NCBI GenBank assembly: GCA_009914755.4 | Contig: CP068257.2 | Coordinates: 16,640,001 to 16,704,000, forward strand | DNA from: the human T2T-CHM13v2.0 reference genome, Homo sapiens | Length of the DNA stretch: 64,000 nt | Reading direction: 5' to 3' | In this document: positions 1-17,620 of the stretch, in pieces | Layout of the letters: every line of letters starts with the position of its first letter | Position numbering within the stretch: position 1 is the stretch's first letter | The notes under the pieces: model-generated | What the model saw: only the letters and a program-made list of their open reading frames with translations | Told to the model about the DNA's origin: nothing | Database searches by the model: none | Made by a program: the position numbers and the translations under genes

Positions 1-101
1 TCAGGGGATTTCTTGCACATTTTCCAGGCATTTGGAGGAAGTCCTTCATTTGTCACTCAGATAATATTATCGAATCTCCATTAAAAACTTCATCCTATGA
101 A

Positions 102-429
<328 letters not shown>

Positions 430-822
430 CTATGAATAACTTAATTCTTGCTCACTTTCCCCACAGAACATGTGTTCTTCTCTCAGTTTATGTCTTACTC
501 TGCTTTTTGGTAGATGAACCTACCTTTCTTTTACATGAAAAATAGAGAGGGCATGCATAATAACATCATCTATTTATCTGAGCTTCTCCTTTGAGTTTAC
601 TGTTATACAGGGCTCAGAGAGTTTTATTCTACTGGTTCTTTCTGGAAAGTTGAATTTAAACATCCTGATGAAAGAAATTTAATATATTTCTCTCTACTCC
701 CTAATCCCATTTAAGTTCCAATGATTTATGTAACAAATTATCTAGCTTTTATGAATTAATGCATTGACATTGATAATATTTGAAATCTAGTTTTGAATTA
801 ATTTTGGCAGATAAGATGACTA

Positions 823-1089
<267 letters not shown>

Positions 1090-1618
1090 TCATCATGACA
1101 TTTCAGAATATGTTTCTATCCTGAAATGTTCTTTAATTTCTCTGAAGAATCATCCTTTAAAAATATTCTCAAATCTTTATTTTTCTGATCACAACATAAA
1201 GAAAACCCTAATTAGTGCTAATCTCTCTGTTTCACTCCTCTTAAGTTATATGCTGAGCTCTAGTTCTAGATTGTGGTTCTCAACTGTGGTTGTACATTGC
1301 AATCTCGTGAGGTGCTTTTAAATAATGCTGACACCTACTTCCCCTCCTCCCCCGATTCTAATGTACTGGGTCTGGAATAGTCCACCAGACAATTTAAAAA
1401 ATACTTCTAAAATTAAATCTCCAAATTTGTGCTACTATATATAATATATGGCTAGGTTGGAGAACCTCTGCCTTAGGTCACATTTCACTGTGGAAATTGT
1501 GTCCCTGTTAAGGGCTTTTTCAGACAACTGTAGCTAGCAACTGTAGTATAATGGAAGGAAGTTCAGATGCATTTCCCATTTAGAGAGTCATTGAATTCAC
1601 ATATAGTTAAAGTAAACA

Positions 1619-1928
1619 AGCCAGGCGCGGTGGCTCACGCCTGTAATCCCAGCACTTTGGGAGGCCGAGGCGGGCGGATCACAAGGTCAGGGGATCGAGA
1701 CCATCTTGGTTAACACGGTGAAACCCCGTCTCTACTAAAAATACAAAAAATCAGCCGGGCGTGGTGGTGGGCGCCTGTAGTCCCAGCTACTTCGGGGGGC
1801 AGAGGCAGGAGAATGGCGTGAACCCGGGGGGCGGAGCTTGCAGTGAGCCGAGATTGCGCCACTGCACTCCAGCCTGGGAGACAAAGCAAGACTCCGCCTC
1901 AAACAAAAAAAAAAAAAAAAAAAAAAAA
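1619..1928 (+). mobile_element. Full-length Alu (AluS/Y-like) with poly-A tail. TSD agtaaacaag / agtaaacag.
   Basis: Alu consensus motifs. A-tail at 1905-1928. The direct repeats flank the element. Confidence 0.9.
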
Positions 1929-4556
1929 GTAAACAGTATGCCTTATTATAATTTTTATAATCTAACATATAAACTTGAATAATCTCCATATACAATGTTG
2001 GCCATCTATAATAATTGGTAAAGGATAACACTTGTGTTGTAGAACAGATTAAATTGGGTAGTATATTATAATTTGAAAGTGTGCAAGGACTTTTAAATGT
2101 GCTATTGGCCTGCGATTTCTTCACACAAAGGAATTATCAGCTGGAATTAAGCCAGTTAAGCCATATTCACAATGAAGGTAAAATTCAATGGTTGCAATCC
2201 TAGGCAGAGCTATTGATTCAATTCTTAACAGTCGCAAATGCCTCGTTTAATGTGGTATTTAAATATTAAAGTCCAAGTCACTTACAGATGTATAAAGGGC
2301 ATGAAGTTACTTACATCTATCTATCACTTTGTTTTATTTACCAAATTACTATGTTTGGTCAGGTAGCAGTCATCAGTAAAGCCAGTGAGCGTCCAAGCAT
2401 TCAGTAAAGCATCCACTGACAACCACATTGCATTAGAACTTGAAGAAATACACCTAAGTGCTCTGTAGCAACAAAATACTACTTGGTGCCAAGTGCAATA
2501 CCGAGAACTTTTGTATCTCTTCATTTAATCCTCATCATAATTTTACAATGGGAACAAACTAGGCGCTGATTATCTAAATGGTAGGAGGTGACTTTAATTG
2601 GAGCTGTCTGACTTTAGAGCCTGCACTTAACACCAGTGACTGGGGTGCCTCATACAGCTCTGAGTGGGGTGCCATGGGAGGGATTGAGAACTAGAAGGAA
2701 GGACTGGAGATGTGGGGGGCAAGAGGGAGAGATAAGCTCTGCTGTTGCTTTCCCTGCTCCCACATAGGGGAAGTTATCTCTGCTCCTAGTGGTTGGTGGC
2801 AGCTCCTTAAGTGGCTTAGAGACTGGGCCAGGAGGTCATTATGGTGCTGTACAGGCTTGACAAGAGGTCTTCGTGCTTTCTCTTCTCCAGGTCAGAGGAA
2901 TCTGTACTTCAGCCATGCTTGGCATCTTGATAATTTCAGACAGCACCCCACTTCCACTGTACCCTGGGATTCCCGTGTCTACTTTAGCCTATGTAGGGAG
3001 AGTGAACAGAGCCAAATCTCTTCCCTGGTGTTCTGTTTCTGAACTTCTTTCTCTATCACATGTTAAGTATATTTCCTAAAGCTCAACTGGTCAGTTTTCA
3101 CTTGAGTAGCCTGCCTGTTAAGACTGACAGGTAACAAGTAGTTACTTTATTTTAAAAATTGTATGATTTTTTTTTTACTCAACATTTACCTCACACATTC
3201 ACTCAATATTTACAAAAAATTAATCTTACAATTACTATACCGTATGTTTTGTGTTTGGCATTTTATTAAATTTATTTATACATCATATTCTCTGTTATAT
3301 TCATATAACCAATGTATTGTAATAGTATTTATAATTTATAGTGTATGTATATAAATTATCTATATAAATATTACCTATATTAATGAACTATTAATATTTG
3401 CTCACAGTGTATGAGATCATTATATATAAGTTGGAGTTAACAGAGGACATGTCATTATTAAAAATTATAGGATTGTCTCCTCAGGTGTTTTATACATATT
3501 TTATCTTCAGAATTTTTCATATAGAAGTTCAGAGAGGTGCATGCAGTTTATTTGATATAGATTTAAATAAATGTTAAATTAAGGTATTTCAGAGAAAGAG
3601 CATCTAAACTCCCAAATTCTTCTTTGTAAATACTATACTTTATCTGAGAACTAATCAACATAATCACTGATATGAGAGAGCTTGTAGGTAACATAGTTTA
3701 GTAATCATCACTTCCTTTCATTATTTTAAGGACTTGAGTAGAAAACCAATACATGAACCAGGAACGTGCAGATTAAATATACGTGCTTCAAGCTACTCAT
3801 CTAATTTAATACAATTTACAACAATATTAATCTGACACATTCTTGATAATTTCCAAAATTGTTTATTGTGCCACATAGAAAATAGCCTCTCTTTCATGTT
3901 TTTATTACTTCAGTATCTATGAGCAGCACCATGGATAGGAAAAATTCCGCCGCCATGTATCATTTACATCTTTCCTTCAAAGAGAAAGGCTGCTCCACAA
4001 ACCTTTCTGTCATGCACTTAACTTCCCCACCACAAAACCAACACTAGCACAAGCACCACCAGTACTACTCCATCTGGCAGTAATTTTAGAGCTTTTCCTC
4101 GGTGGAAAATGACTGGAGAATACAGAGCTTACAGCCAATAGTTCTTAAGTTCTAGAGCCACTTGAGGAAGTTTCTAAAACTTTAGATTTCTAGTTTCCAT
4201 TTCCAGAAATTCTAATTTGGAAAGTTGGAGTGGCACTCAACAATCTGTACTTTGTAATCACTGTTGGGATACTGAGCAATGCAGAAAACTTCCTAGCTTT
4301 TTTATATACCCAAATCTGAGGGGCAGGTGAAGACAGCCTTCAGAAAATTCATTTTAGATGAAGAGATGGGACTTTTTATGTTTTTAAAATCTGGTCTCAA
4401 AGCATCTCTTTTCTAGTAAAGGAAGGAAGAGCTATAGCGCTGAAGATAGATGGGCATAGGAGAAGGTGAGAACCACCTGGAATAGGAAATCCCCAATCCG
4501 GTGGAGGATAAAGATCGCAAAGATAGGGCATCTTCAGATAGAAGTTGGCTGAATTT

Positions 4557-4851
<295 letters not shown>

Positions 4852-7719
4852 TCACCATCTGTCCTGCACAAGCAAGACATTTATCATAGTAGCAAGAGAA
4901 AGAGAAGCACAGCAGGTTGGAGAGGGCAGAAAAACATACACTCCTGGTCTCTGTAACCCCAAAGATGCTTCTTTGAAAAAAAGATGCTTTTTTCCCATTT
5001 CCTGAGATGCAGAAGCAGCACCAGATAAGATGAACTAGTGGTACCTCAGATATATGTGGCAATGTGCTGATGTGAAAATAACTTCACCACTCTAGGCATC
5101 AGGATGTCCATTTGTAAGTGGGACTTTCAATGCAGTAGAAAGCAAATATGGTAAGACAGCTATGATAGAGCATCACAACAGGCTGAAGGGAAAATAAAAT
5201 CAATGGGAATCCAAAACTGTAAATTAAAACCTTTTTCCTGTTTTACTATTACTAAAGGTGGCACAACAGCAACCTCAACAACTTTGCACCATGCCAACAC
5301 TGATGTTTACACCCAGCACAGCATTTTTGGTCTCTATTTTTATTCTCCTCTGAATGTAATGAGGATTCCTAGATGGCTAGCCAATTCGAATATTTAAGGC
5401 AACTGAAAGTTAGAATGTTTCTGAAACATAGTGTTGTTGCCAGAGAGTACGAAAGTTTTCAAGAATATCGGGCAATTCTGAAAGTACAAAGAAGCCAGAT
5501 TAAATGAAATAACACTGGCGAAGTTTTAGCAAGGTGACTCTCATATAATGATCATTATCATTACCACAGTTAAAAGAAAAGAGTTGTTTATGAAAGGCCA
5601 TGTGTCTGCAATGAAACTCAAAAGAGAAAAGTTAACAGGTGCAAAAGGTAGTTTTATTATAAAAGGAGGGTAGGCAACAAGAATATGTTTAATTTTTCTT
5701 CCTTTTCATGAGTAAGGACAAGAGTGTCATATATGTGAATATTTTTATTTAATTTTAAGTAGAAATCTGTTTTTAAAATATGGGTATATGCTTATTTGTG
5801 TAAGTGTAAGAAACAGAAGTAAGTACAGCAAACCAGAAATAGGCCAAACACTCCTGAGCATAATTTTACTTGGTAGATTATTCCTGAAACTTAAGGAATC
5901 ATCTTTGAACTCTTTTCCTCACTTGACTTCCAGGATTCACCATGCACTTGTGATTTTCCTTTCATTTCACTCTCCGTTCCTCCTCAGTCTTTTTTTCTCC
6001 CCCAGGTCTTTTTTGTTCATCTTAAACTCTAAATTTTAGAATATCCCAGGGGTCTGCCTTCGGCCTTCTCTTTTATATCTACACTGGCCTCATACATAAT
6101 CTTAACCAAGTCATTATTTTAAATACCTATAATATACTGAAAACTTCTAAATTTGTATTTTAATTCTTGACTTCTTCCATACAGTCTAGATTTGTATGTC
6201 CACAGGCTGACATCATTGGCTGATACCAACTTGGATGTCTAATAGGCAGTCCCAAGCTTAATATATAAAAATCAGAACTCTCACTCTCTTTCCAATCTGA
6301 TTTCTTCCTGTTTTCCTCATCTCAGTAAATGATATCAACACTCACTCCATTCTCTTTTCCTTACTCCATATCTGTGATCATTAATAAATGCAGATGACTC
6401 TAACCATCAGAACTTACTAAAAAGATCCAGCCACTTCCTCAGCTTCTTCAGCTATGGTCCTAACTGGTGTCCCTGATTTCACGTTTGCTCCTCCCAGCAG
6501 TCCCATCTTCACACATTAGCCTGATTGGATAAGGTCACTCTTTGGTCCTCCACATGGTCCCTCATCCTATTTACCTATTTAGCCTCCTGAGACCTCTCCA
6601 GGGCTCGATCCATAGTTCCAGTCTCGTCACTGCCGCTCTGCCAATCCCCTTCTGGGCAACAGCAGCAGGGCTTTTTGAGGTGTCTGGAGTAAGTCTACCT
6701 CACTTCTACCCCAGAGCATCAGAGTTTGCTGTTACCTTCAAAGAAATTTGTGTAACATTCTCCTTCATTTCTTTAGATTTTCCTTCCATTTTCAATTGGT
6801 CTGTGACACTTTCTCCAACCACTGTATCGAAAACAACCTTCTTGCTCTTATCATATTTTCTGTTCATACTACTTTTCTTTACTGCATGTATCACTGCTAA
6901 AGTATTTATTTAAATGTTTTTCAGCCTTAACATGTCATATAAACCTTATCAGAGGAAAGATTTTGTTGGTCTGTACAGCACTATCATCTCCAAACTTAGA
7001 AAACTACTTAGCACAGGATAAGTGCTCAGCAAATGTCATCTGATTGAATGGATATATAAAAAACAGTAAGCAATCCAAGAGCAGGAAGGAATGAATATTA
7101 CCAGTGGTTCCTCATAACAGCCAGGTAACGGGCAGAGTTGCGTATCAATCCACATAATTTCACTCTCTGTTCTTCCTCAGTCTTCTCCCACCCCACCCAG
7201 CTCTTTTTTCTTTTTAATGTTTAGAGTCTCAAACTCTAAATATTAAAATATTCCTTCTTTGTGTAACAAGTGGTTATGCAAAATAACTAAGAAAAAAGGT
7301 GGCTCAACAATGTGATCCAAGATGATGAATTAATTATCAAAGTAGAGGTAACTTGAGAGATACGATAGAAACTTTTAGGAAATGAAATTTCTGAGTGCAC
7401 TAATAATTATAATGAGATACATGCCAAACAGACATATGTTATTAAATAGTGGTAATAGAATGGTGTCAAGGAAATGGATTGCACGATATAGGTCAAGAGA
7501 GACTTACAGGAAACACAATTTTACAGGGAAACACAAGATTGGAAGTTGATATAACCTCTAATAAAGACATAAATCTAAAAAGTCTTAGTGATACAGTAAG
7601 ATAGTATTAACTTTTAGGAAGATGACTAGCACTCAAACTTGAAATATTTTGGAAAAGGATCCAAGACCTAAGCTCTAACCAAAGTCAATATTACTAACCT
7701 ACCCTTGAAATCTCTACTG

Positions 7720-8638
<919 letters not shown>

Positions 8639-8993
8639 GCTCTTCCTCTTTTTTATCTGCAAATATTACCATAATCTTAAAATGATATTATAGTATTTCT
8701 TCAATCTGAAGAACATTATATATTACAAGCCTAACTCCCTAGAACAATAAGACTAGGTAGATAAGCAGAAAAATAAAATTAAACTAATTATATGTATATT
8801 TTAGGATAGGTTTAAGAAGAAATTAAGTATTTAAAAATTATTGAATTGATATATGTCCTGTGTTCTGCTTAAAGCATGAGACATTCAAAAAAATCCAAAT
8901 TTTAGGTGGTAATTATGGTATCAATTAAGTAATGTTATTTTATTATAAATGCTTAACTGTTTAAAAAGTTGATTTTCAAAGTTTTATTAGTTA

Positions 8994-9375
<382 letters not shown>

Positions 9376-12300
9376 TCATATATGAAATTATTTATTTCAG
9401 GAGTGTTAACACATATTTTAAGGAATTGTTTCAATAAGAAATCAGGTAATCCCTGTGATGTCTCTGGTCTGCTCTGAAAAGCTAAATTAAAGAATGAGAT
9501 CTTGGCAAGAGGCTCCCTGTCACTAATTTCATCTTTAATAGATGTCCGTTCAATGACTGTGATCCAGACTGTAAATCTATATATGATTGCCCACCCACGT
9601 GACTCCATATTTGCTTCTGGAAGCTGGGATGTGAGTGACTAGAAAGAGGTAATGGAGAAACTTTTTGGGTGATTGGAATGTTTTATATCTTCAGAGGAAT
9701 GTCAGTTTAACAGGTGCATGCATTTAAAAAATGCATCGATTTGTATACTTAAGTTTATGCATTTTCCTATATGTCAGCAGGAAAAAAGAATGGAAAACAA
9801 ATAGGAAACCTTGGTTGATGCGTGTGCTTTATGCAGTAGTATGAGTCAGCAATTCTCAAACTCCTTTTTGTGTTCCAGGCTTTCCAGACTTCAGCAAATA
9901 CATCAATAGCTTGTGGATAATAGGAACAATGTTTTTTGTTATTGGAATCAAGATGTAAAAATACAGAAGACAAGGTTAGGATTTATCCTCTAGTATTCTA
10001 TTGGAGTTGGAGTCATTGTTTTGAGTATATATTTGTAGGTATATAATAGAGCTTTGTTCACTGTATAGTTTTAGGAACAGGACACAACATCAGTAGCCAT
10101 AAGCACACAAGATCATGTTTACCAAAATACAGAAATAACTGAAATTAGTTAAGGTTTCTTACAGAAAAGTTGACTTCAGGACTAGGATAGAAAACACACA
10201 AGATTAACCTGGAACATCTTATTTTGACAGAAAATAAAAGAAGTTCTCAAAGAGTAGGACTATATTAAGGCTGATAAAGGAGCAAGCTTGAGGGTTTTTT
10301 TTTTTCAAATAGAAGAATTTTCCTACCTAATAACTGACCTGTATTCAAAAATATTAAAAACAAGAAATACAGAAAGGGGCTACTCTACACTAAAGGAGAT
10401 GAAAAAAGTGTAGCATCCAGATGCAATACACTATCCTGAATTGGTTCTAACATGGCAAACATGCAAACAAAATAAAGAGCATATTTGTGAAATTAATTAG
10501 GATTGTATTTCATTAATGTTAAATTTCCATGATTTGCTGTGATTCTGTAGGAAGTGTCCTGTTTTTAGTAAAAATACTCTGAGTACTTAAGAGTATAAAA
10601 ATACATCTAACCTACTACGAAATTGTTCAGAAAAAAAGTCTCCTGACTTAGAAAGAGATGATAATAAAATATACAGAGGAAAATGTAAGCAATTGGTGAG
10701 TCTGAGTAAAGGTATAAAGAGCTCTGTACTATTTTTGCAATTTTTATGCATGTTTGAAATTATATCAATATAAAAATTTCATAAAATAAATATGTTGAAT
10801 ATCTATTGTGCAAGACTTGGCGTCTTCCTTCATAGAGCTTTCCTATGCAGGAACTGCAACACAATCAACATTTTATTGCACATTCTTGCATGAATCGCGG
10901 TAGGCAAAAGCATTGCAGCATCTTATTGTTGTCCTGACAAGCAAGATAGATATCCTTATGAACTTCCTACAGATGAGGAAACGGAAACTTAGAGATACTA
11001 AGTTGCTTGTCCATAATCACACATGTGATTTGTTGGATATACAGGATTAAAATCCTCTCCTTTGGTTCAAAGTCAAACTTGCCCTTTAAGCCACAGGAAG
11101 GTTGGCCCACACTTCCAAATCCTTCTTTTAAGGTTGTAAAAGGACAATACCACGATAGAGAAACCGAACAGGCACAGGGTTATTTAGAATCACTCAGGAG
11201 AACTTAGCCTGAGGAATGCAAATGAAGTGTTGATGATAAGATTAAACAGAAGAGCTGTTCAATTAAACCATTTAACCACCTGCAGGTTAAAACACCTGCA
11301 ACAGGTTTACACTGAGGGCAAGCCACTTGTGTGGCATGAGTTTAATAACTTGCTTGATCTGAGTTATTCTTTTTATTAGGAAATTAAGCTTTCCATAGCA
11401 CAATTAGGCTTTTAAAGAGACAGATAAGAGCCAGTATTAACATACTGATAAAACAGTTTTTGATTAAACTATCTAAAACAATATCAGAAACTTTCTTTGT
11501 TAGAGACATGAAGTAGAAAGCAAGAAAACTCTTAGGCATTAGAGAAAAAAAAATAATTCCATTGAATGCCTAAGGAGAGTAAAATGCGTGGTTGGTAAGG
11601 ATAATTTTGAATTTATCAGAATTCTAGTACAACTTACCTTTGCTTGTGCTTAAGTTGAAACTGAAAAGACATTTTATTGTCCTATGTGATTGTGTGAGAG
11701 AAGCAGGAGCCTAGGAGAGCCAAAGTAACACCATTTTAAGTTCAGCCCCATCTTGAGACTAACAAGACACATTCCTTGCTGGTCATGACCCATAGTCATA
11801 AAATGTTTATTGTTGAGGAAGCAGCCTAAAGATACCTAGGAGGACACATTCCTACAATGGAAAGTCCGAATGTATCAACACCCATAACAATATATGCTTT
11901 CAAGATAATTATGCTTTGATGTACTTACACACTGCAATGTCAAGGATTGTTTTCTCCAAATCAATGGAATAATAAATTTTGTCAAGGTTACTCTCATGTA
12001 GACACAGCCTAGTTTAGTATTTACATAGACAAGACCCCCATAGAAGAAAAACTTAAAGACAGGGCGTTCCTTCTCTTGCTTTCTAAGGATGCCCTACTTT
12101 GTGACTCAGGAGCTTTCAATAAACGATCTTTTTGCACTGCACTCTGCGACTGGCCTTGAATTCCTTCCTGTGTGAGATCCAAGAATCCTCTCTTGGCACC
12201 TGGATCTGGATTCCTTTTCTCTGGTAACAATTGGACATGTGTTTATACTAGGTAAAACTGCCTTTCTATTTTCTACACATATTTGTTGTTTGAAAAGCTA

Positions 12301-14059
12301 TGAGATTGGTATCATTAACCTATTAGAAGTACATCTGTAAAATAGATAATTGAAAGACATCACTAATATTACTGCGAGCCTGATTGACGTTTAGACAGCA
12401 TATGTTTGGCAAGAACATTAAACAGGAATTTGCCAAATTCAAGGCTGATATAGCAAGGTTGCTAACTTATTAAGATCTACCTATGTGCAACAGAAAACAC
12501 TGACTTTTTAGCTAAAACTAGCTTTAATTTGCATCACAGTTAGGATACAGATGTTACGCTATCCGTGACATGTCCAAAGCAAACAACATGTGTAAAGATT
12601 AAAGCCATGTTTAGAAGGGGATGGAAAAATTGCCTCTACAGATGCTTGTTATAGTATGAAAATAAATTACAATATGATTATTAGGAGGCAGCAAAGTCAA
12701 GAGGGTGCACTTTAGTTAAGGGAGAGGCTGCAATTTAGTCTCCAGGATGTAACACTCAATGGATAGAATCAGAGAGAGCTTTAGATGTAGATGGGATGGT
12801 GCTGTCGGTAGCTCCTTTGGAGACCAGCTATTTGGCAAACCTGAGAGCTAGTTGAGGGTCCTTTTTCTCCAAAGTCCTGGGATTATGCATTTGAGTCTAC
12901 TTTCACTCTGATATAATGGGTATTTAGGCATAAGTGCAATCTTTTAATGTTCATTCTACCTGGCATTCCCCATCTCCTTTAAAATTTTCACAATCTCTGT
13001 GTCTGACAGTTGGTCTTTATTTACCCAAGGATCTTAAATATCTATGTGGGTAAGGAAAGTTGAGTCTTGTAACCTGATTAACTACGGCTGCCTCGTCCAT
13101 GCCCGGTTCTTTCCTCGTCAATGCCTGGTTCTTTCTAACATGGTTCTTTCCTCTGAGGTTCTGGATCCTGGCTACAGAGAGGCTTACTCTAATCCTCATG
13201 GGTAAGGTCATTCACTGGACACCTCACTGACATAGGGACAGGAGATGAGTCCTAGATCAAGCTCATACGTATTATATGAGGAAGCTCCCTTTTTTCCTGA
13301 CTGAATTCAGAACCATGTGACTATCTAGAGAGGTGGCATCTTTGATGTGGAAGAGGAGCATGAACATGTTCTTGGGTCCAGGATCATTTAGCTTTTCCTC
13401 CTTTACTCCCACCCCCTTCTATCCACTCTGTTCTCTCCTCTAGGACTGCAAAATAAATGTCAAAATTCAACATTATCTTGTCCTATTATAGTACAAAACA
13501 GAGTCAGATACGGTTGATATTAGTTCTAAATTTCAGTTAATAGGTAGCAATCAAAATAGATCTGACTTAAGAACTAAATACTTTTATCTTAATTCACAAC
13601 AAAGTGCTTATCCATGAACTTCCAGAGCACAGTATAATTGTAATTTGAGGGCTACCTAAGAATACTGATACTGACAATTTGCTAGCAATAAATATTGGAC
13701 AAATTGAATGGTAACCAGTACAATTTATACAATAAATACTAATTTCACGCTCTTAAAAATGCTTACCTTTTGAATTGGCAAAAGTTTCCATTTTTATGTA
13801 TGTAAAAGTGTAAAAAGATCTAATGATGTAATATCTAATGTAGAAGAATTAATATTCATATCTAATGCAGGATAATTTTTTAAAATGTATCTCTATTTTC
13901 ATACATGACATTAATGGGAAAATAATTGGAATGTTTATAATGTCATAAACAGCAGGATTTCCCTGGTGGGATGGTTTTGTGATGCTGCATGAAATGGGAT
14001 GCTCGGCAGTGTCTGCTGTGGTGACCTAGTTTGGGAAGGGACACTTGACATCACACTCA

Positions 14060-14389
<330 letters not shown>

Positions 14390-14393
14390 TTAC

Positions 14394-14443
14394 ATTTATG
14401 GTTACACTGTAACCGAATCAAGGAATCCTGTAAACACTGTTGA
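14394..14443 (-). CDS. TMPRSS15: TMPRSS15 coding exon, 50 nt, end of SRCR. Translates to (S)QQCLQDSLIRLQCNHK(S), approx residues 754-771.
   Basis: Reverse-complement translation. Acceptor ctattacag, donor gtaagt. It exactly bridges the phase between the flanking exons (ag+t = Ser, t+ct = Ser). Confidence 0.85.
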
Positions 14444-15661
14444 CTGTAATAGAAGAACAATCATATTTTTAAAATTATGCATTTAATATTTTCAAGTCAA
14501 ACATCATATAGGTTATCCTACTTTTGCTTTAGTAAAATGGACATCTTAATGTCTCATATATGAAATGTAGGGAGACTGAATTGTAAGCCGAAGAAGCCCC
14601 AGTTTAATGTCAAATAGAGGTGAGTTTGCATCCTTATTCTACCATTTCTATGTGACTTCAGGGAAGTTACTCAATATCCCTGAGACCCAGTTTCTTCTTC
14701 CATAAAATGGGGGTAATAATACTTTATTGGAGTGTTGTGAGAATAAAAAGCAATATTTGCAATAAAACTATTACAGGGCCTTATACACAATGAAATTCTA
14801 TAAATGATAGATATTGTTATGTTACTTGAACCGACATTGGTTTTCATCATTCTATAACACAGAGTATGCCTCAGTATTGCCAATCTGACAACTATTCCGT
14901 GCCCAACACCGTGTATGAGGCTGTGTGCTTCATTCAGGGAATTGAATGATGAATGCGTCACAGGTGCTGCTTTCAAGGAAGGCAGACACGTAAGAAGCAC
15001 ATATAAAAGAAAGCATAGGCAAAAATTACTGAAAACTCATCACCTGCTTAGAAATTTAAATACCAACTTTTTTCAGTGTCAAGAATTCCATTTTAAACAA
15101 AAACTAAGCAAATTTGTTTTACAGTGCATTATACTTATCAGCCACTAGAGATCAGTATAACACAAGAAATTAGAGTACTTGCTCCCACTATTTCCAAATG
15201 CAACCACTGCAGATATCGGCTACATTAAAACACACACATTATACATGCAGATACACAAATAATTGTAATGACTTACTTACATTTATATACTTAGCTACAG
15301 CTAATTGTGCATGCTGTTTAGATCTTTAAAAATGCAACGTAAATAAGACCTAAGATCCACACGTCTAATCAAAGCAATTCAGTGTTTCAGGAAAATATAT
15401 GATAAAGTTTATTTGAAATCATATGTATACGTATTGAATGACTGGCATATTCTTTACAACACAGAATGATTTTAGTTGAAATATAAGGAAGTCTATCTTT
15501 TTAGTAACTAGTGTGCATGCATGTATATCAATCTAGATATATTGACATGTATTTCTAACACCCCAAGGAAGTCTCAATTAACTCCCCTTTTTTTCACCCT
15601 GTGGTGGGAGGTGGTGGTCTGAGTCTGCATATATCTCACAATAGGTTACAGAATCAGAATA

Positions 15662-15966
<305 letters not shown>

Positions 15967-17524
15967 TCAGAATATAGGTCAGTAGATTTTTATAGTTGGC
16001 TGAATCATTTTCCCTGACATCCTCTTCTTTTACCTATTTTTTATTACAACCACTAGCGCAAGGGCATTTTCAAAAACACCAGTTTTCATAGGGATACAAA
16101 CATAATCATCTATGCAATAAATAATAAATGCATAAATAAATTAACCAAATAAATAAATGAACATATGTCTGATTTTCTGCCAACCCAATATAATGTGGCT
16201 AATTAAGGAAGGGATTAAGGACATTTAATTAACTGGCTTGTTGATGTGATGAAAGGTTAAAATATGTCTATAAATGATGTCTCTCTCAAATAGCACACAC
16301 ATACATTATAATAGTGACGTCAATGGAAAATGATACTGGCATTTCGTTGATAAGCATAGAATAAGCTAGTTTTGATCTCAAGCATGCATATAATTAACAT
16401 AAATGATTTTAAATAATTTTTTCTTACAAATTTTTAAATGCCTCTAAGACATGAAAAGAAGAAATTCTCAATGTTCAAACTGCTTCAGGATCTATATGGT
16501 AATATAAATTTAGACACGCCTTACAGGAAAGGAAATCTAGAAGCCTGCTTTCTCATTTGCAGATGCTTTGCTTCATATCCGATGAGACTCATAATATCAG
16601 TCAAGGCCCAGCAAACATTGATATAAAACATTCAACTGCAAAGTTCTTTTTTTGGTACTCAAAATACTCCTTTACCATTTTTATTTTTTTACTGGTTAAG
16701 CTCACAGAAATGTTAACTTTTCATGAAAAACTGAATAATTATCTAATTTCATTTTTTACCATGAAACAAAATATACCAGCAAAGCATCTTAAATCCTTGT
16801 TTGTAGTTATGGCTTCTTGCAGTTACATTCTTCCCACCCACAGCTGTTCTTTAATGGAACTGTAAAATTCAGAAGCCAATTTCAACAAAAATTACCATTA
16901 ATACCCAAATAGGAGAAATGACTTAATTTAGCTAAAACAGATCTTTGAATACAGGAAAGATGCTGCTTTTTAATACCTTAGTAAAGGCTATAAAAGTAAA
17001 CCTAATATCAAAAAGTAAAAGAGAATATGTAGACACGATGAAAGGTCTAGACTTCTTCATTTAATATTCATGATCTATTTGCCAAGGAAGAGAAAAGAAT
17101 ATCAAGATATTCCCCTCTTTCTTCTCTTTTAGTGGTAGCTAATTTGTTCCGCCTCCAGTCTGATCAACACTGGACCTGTTTTATCCCAGTTCTCACAATT
17201 TCTTTCCAAGTGATTTAATTATTTATTAATCTGAGGCTAATGATAAAAAAGGGTATAAAATTAAAACATGTCAAATCCCTATGAGTGTGCCAGAAATTTA
17301 CATACAGAATATTTCTTTTGACCATCTTATATGTATTAGGGTTAGAAACTGTTATCAGATATTAAATAGATACTGTTTGAGATTACTTAAATAATAATAT
17401 AAGTCAAATAACTTTCAAGATTATATGACCAGTATGTAATAGCATTCAAATCTGACTGGCTTCAACAATCTATCTTCTGCCATGTCTATGTACAACTAGT
17501 CTAAGAACAGATTTAGGGACCCAC

Positions 17525-17620
17525 CTGGGTGTTAGTATTAAGTGGCCATCAGGTGCTGTGTTTAATTTGACAAATGGTCCACCATCGGTAGAGAAGATTG
17601 GCTTTGATGAGTTTCCACTC
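17525..17620 (-). CDS. TMPRSS15: TMPRSS15 coding exon, SRCR domain part 2. Translates to (G)SGNSSKPIFSTDGGPFVKLNTAPDGHLILTP(S), approx residues 722-754.
   Basis: Provided ORF 17470..17676(-) contains this peptide. Acceptor ttttttctctag, donor gtgggtcc. Confidence 0.9.

Noticed and set aside
13060-13150. Three to four imperfect copies of ggttctttcc spaced about 20 bp apart
   Set aside because: It is too short and degenerate to call a tandem repeat with confidence. It is likely a chance or minor slippage pattern.
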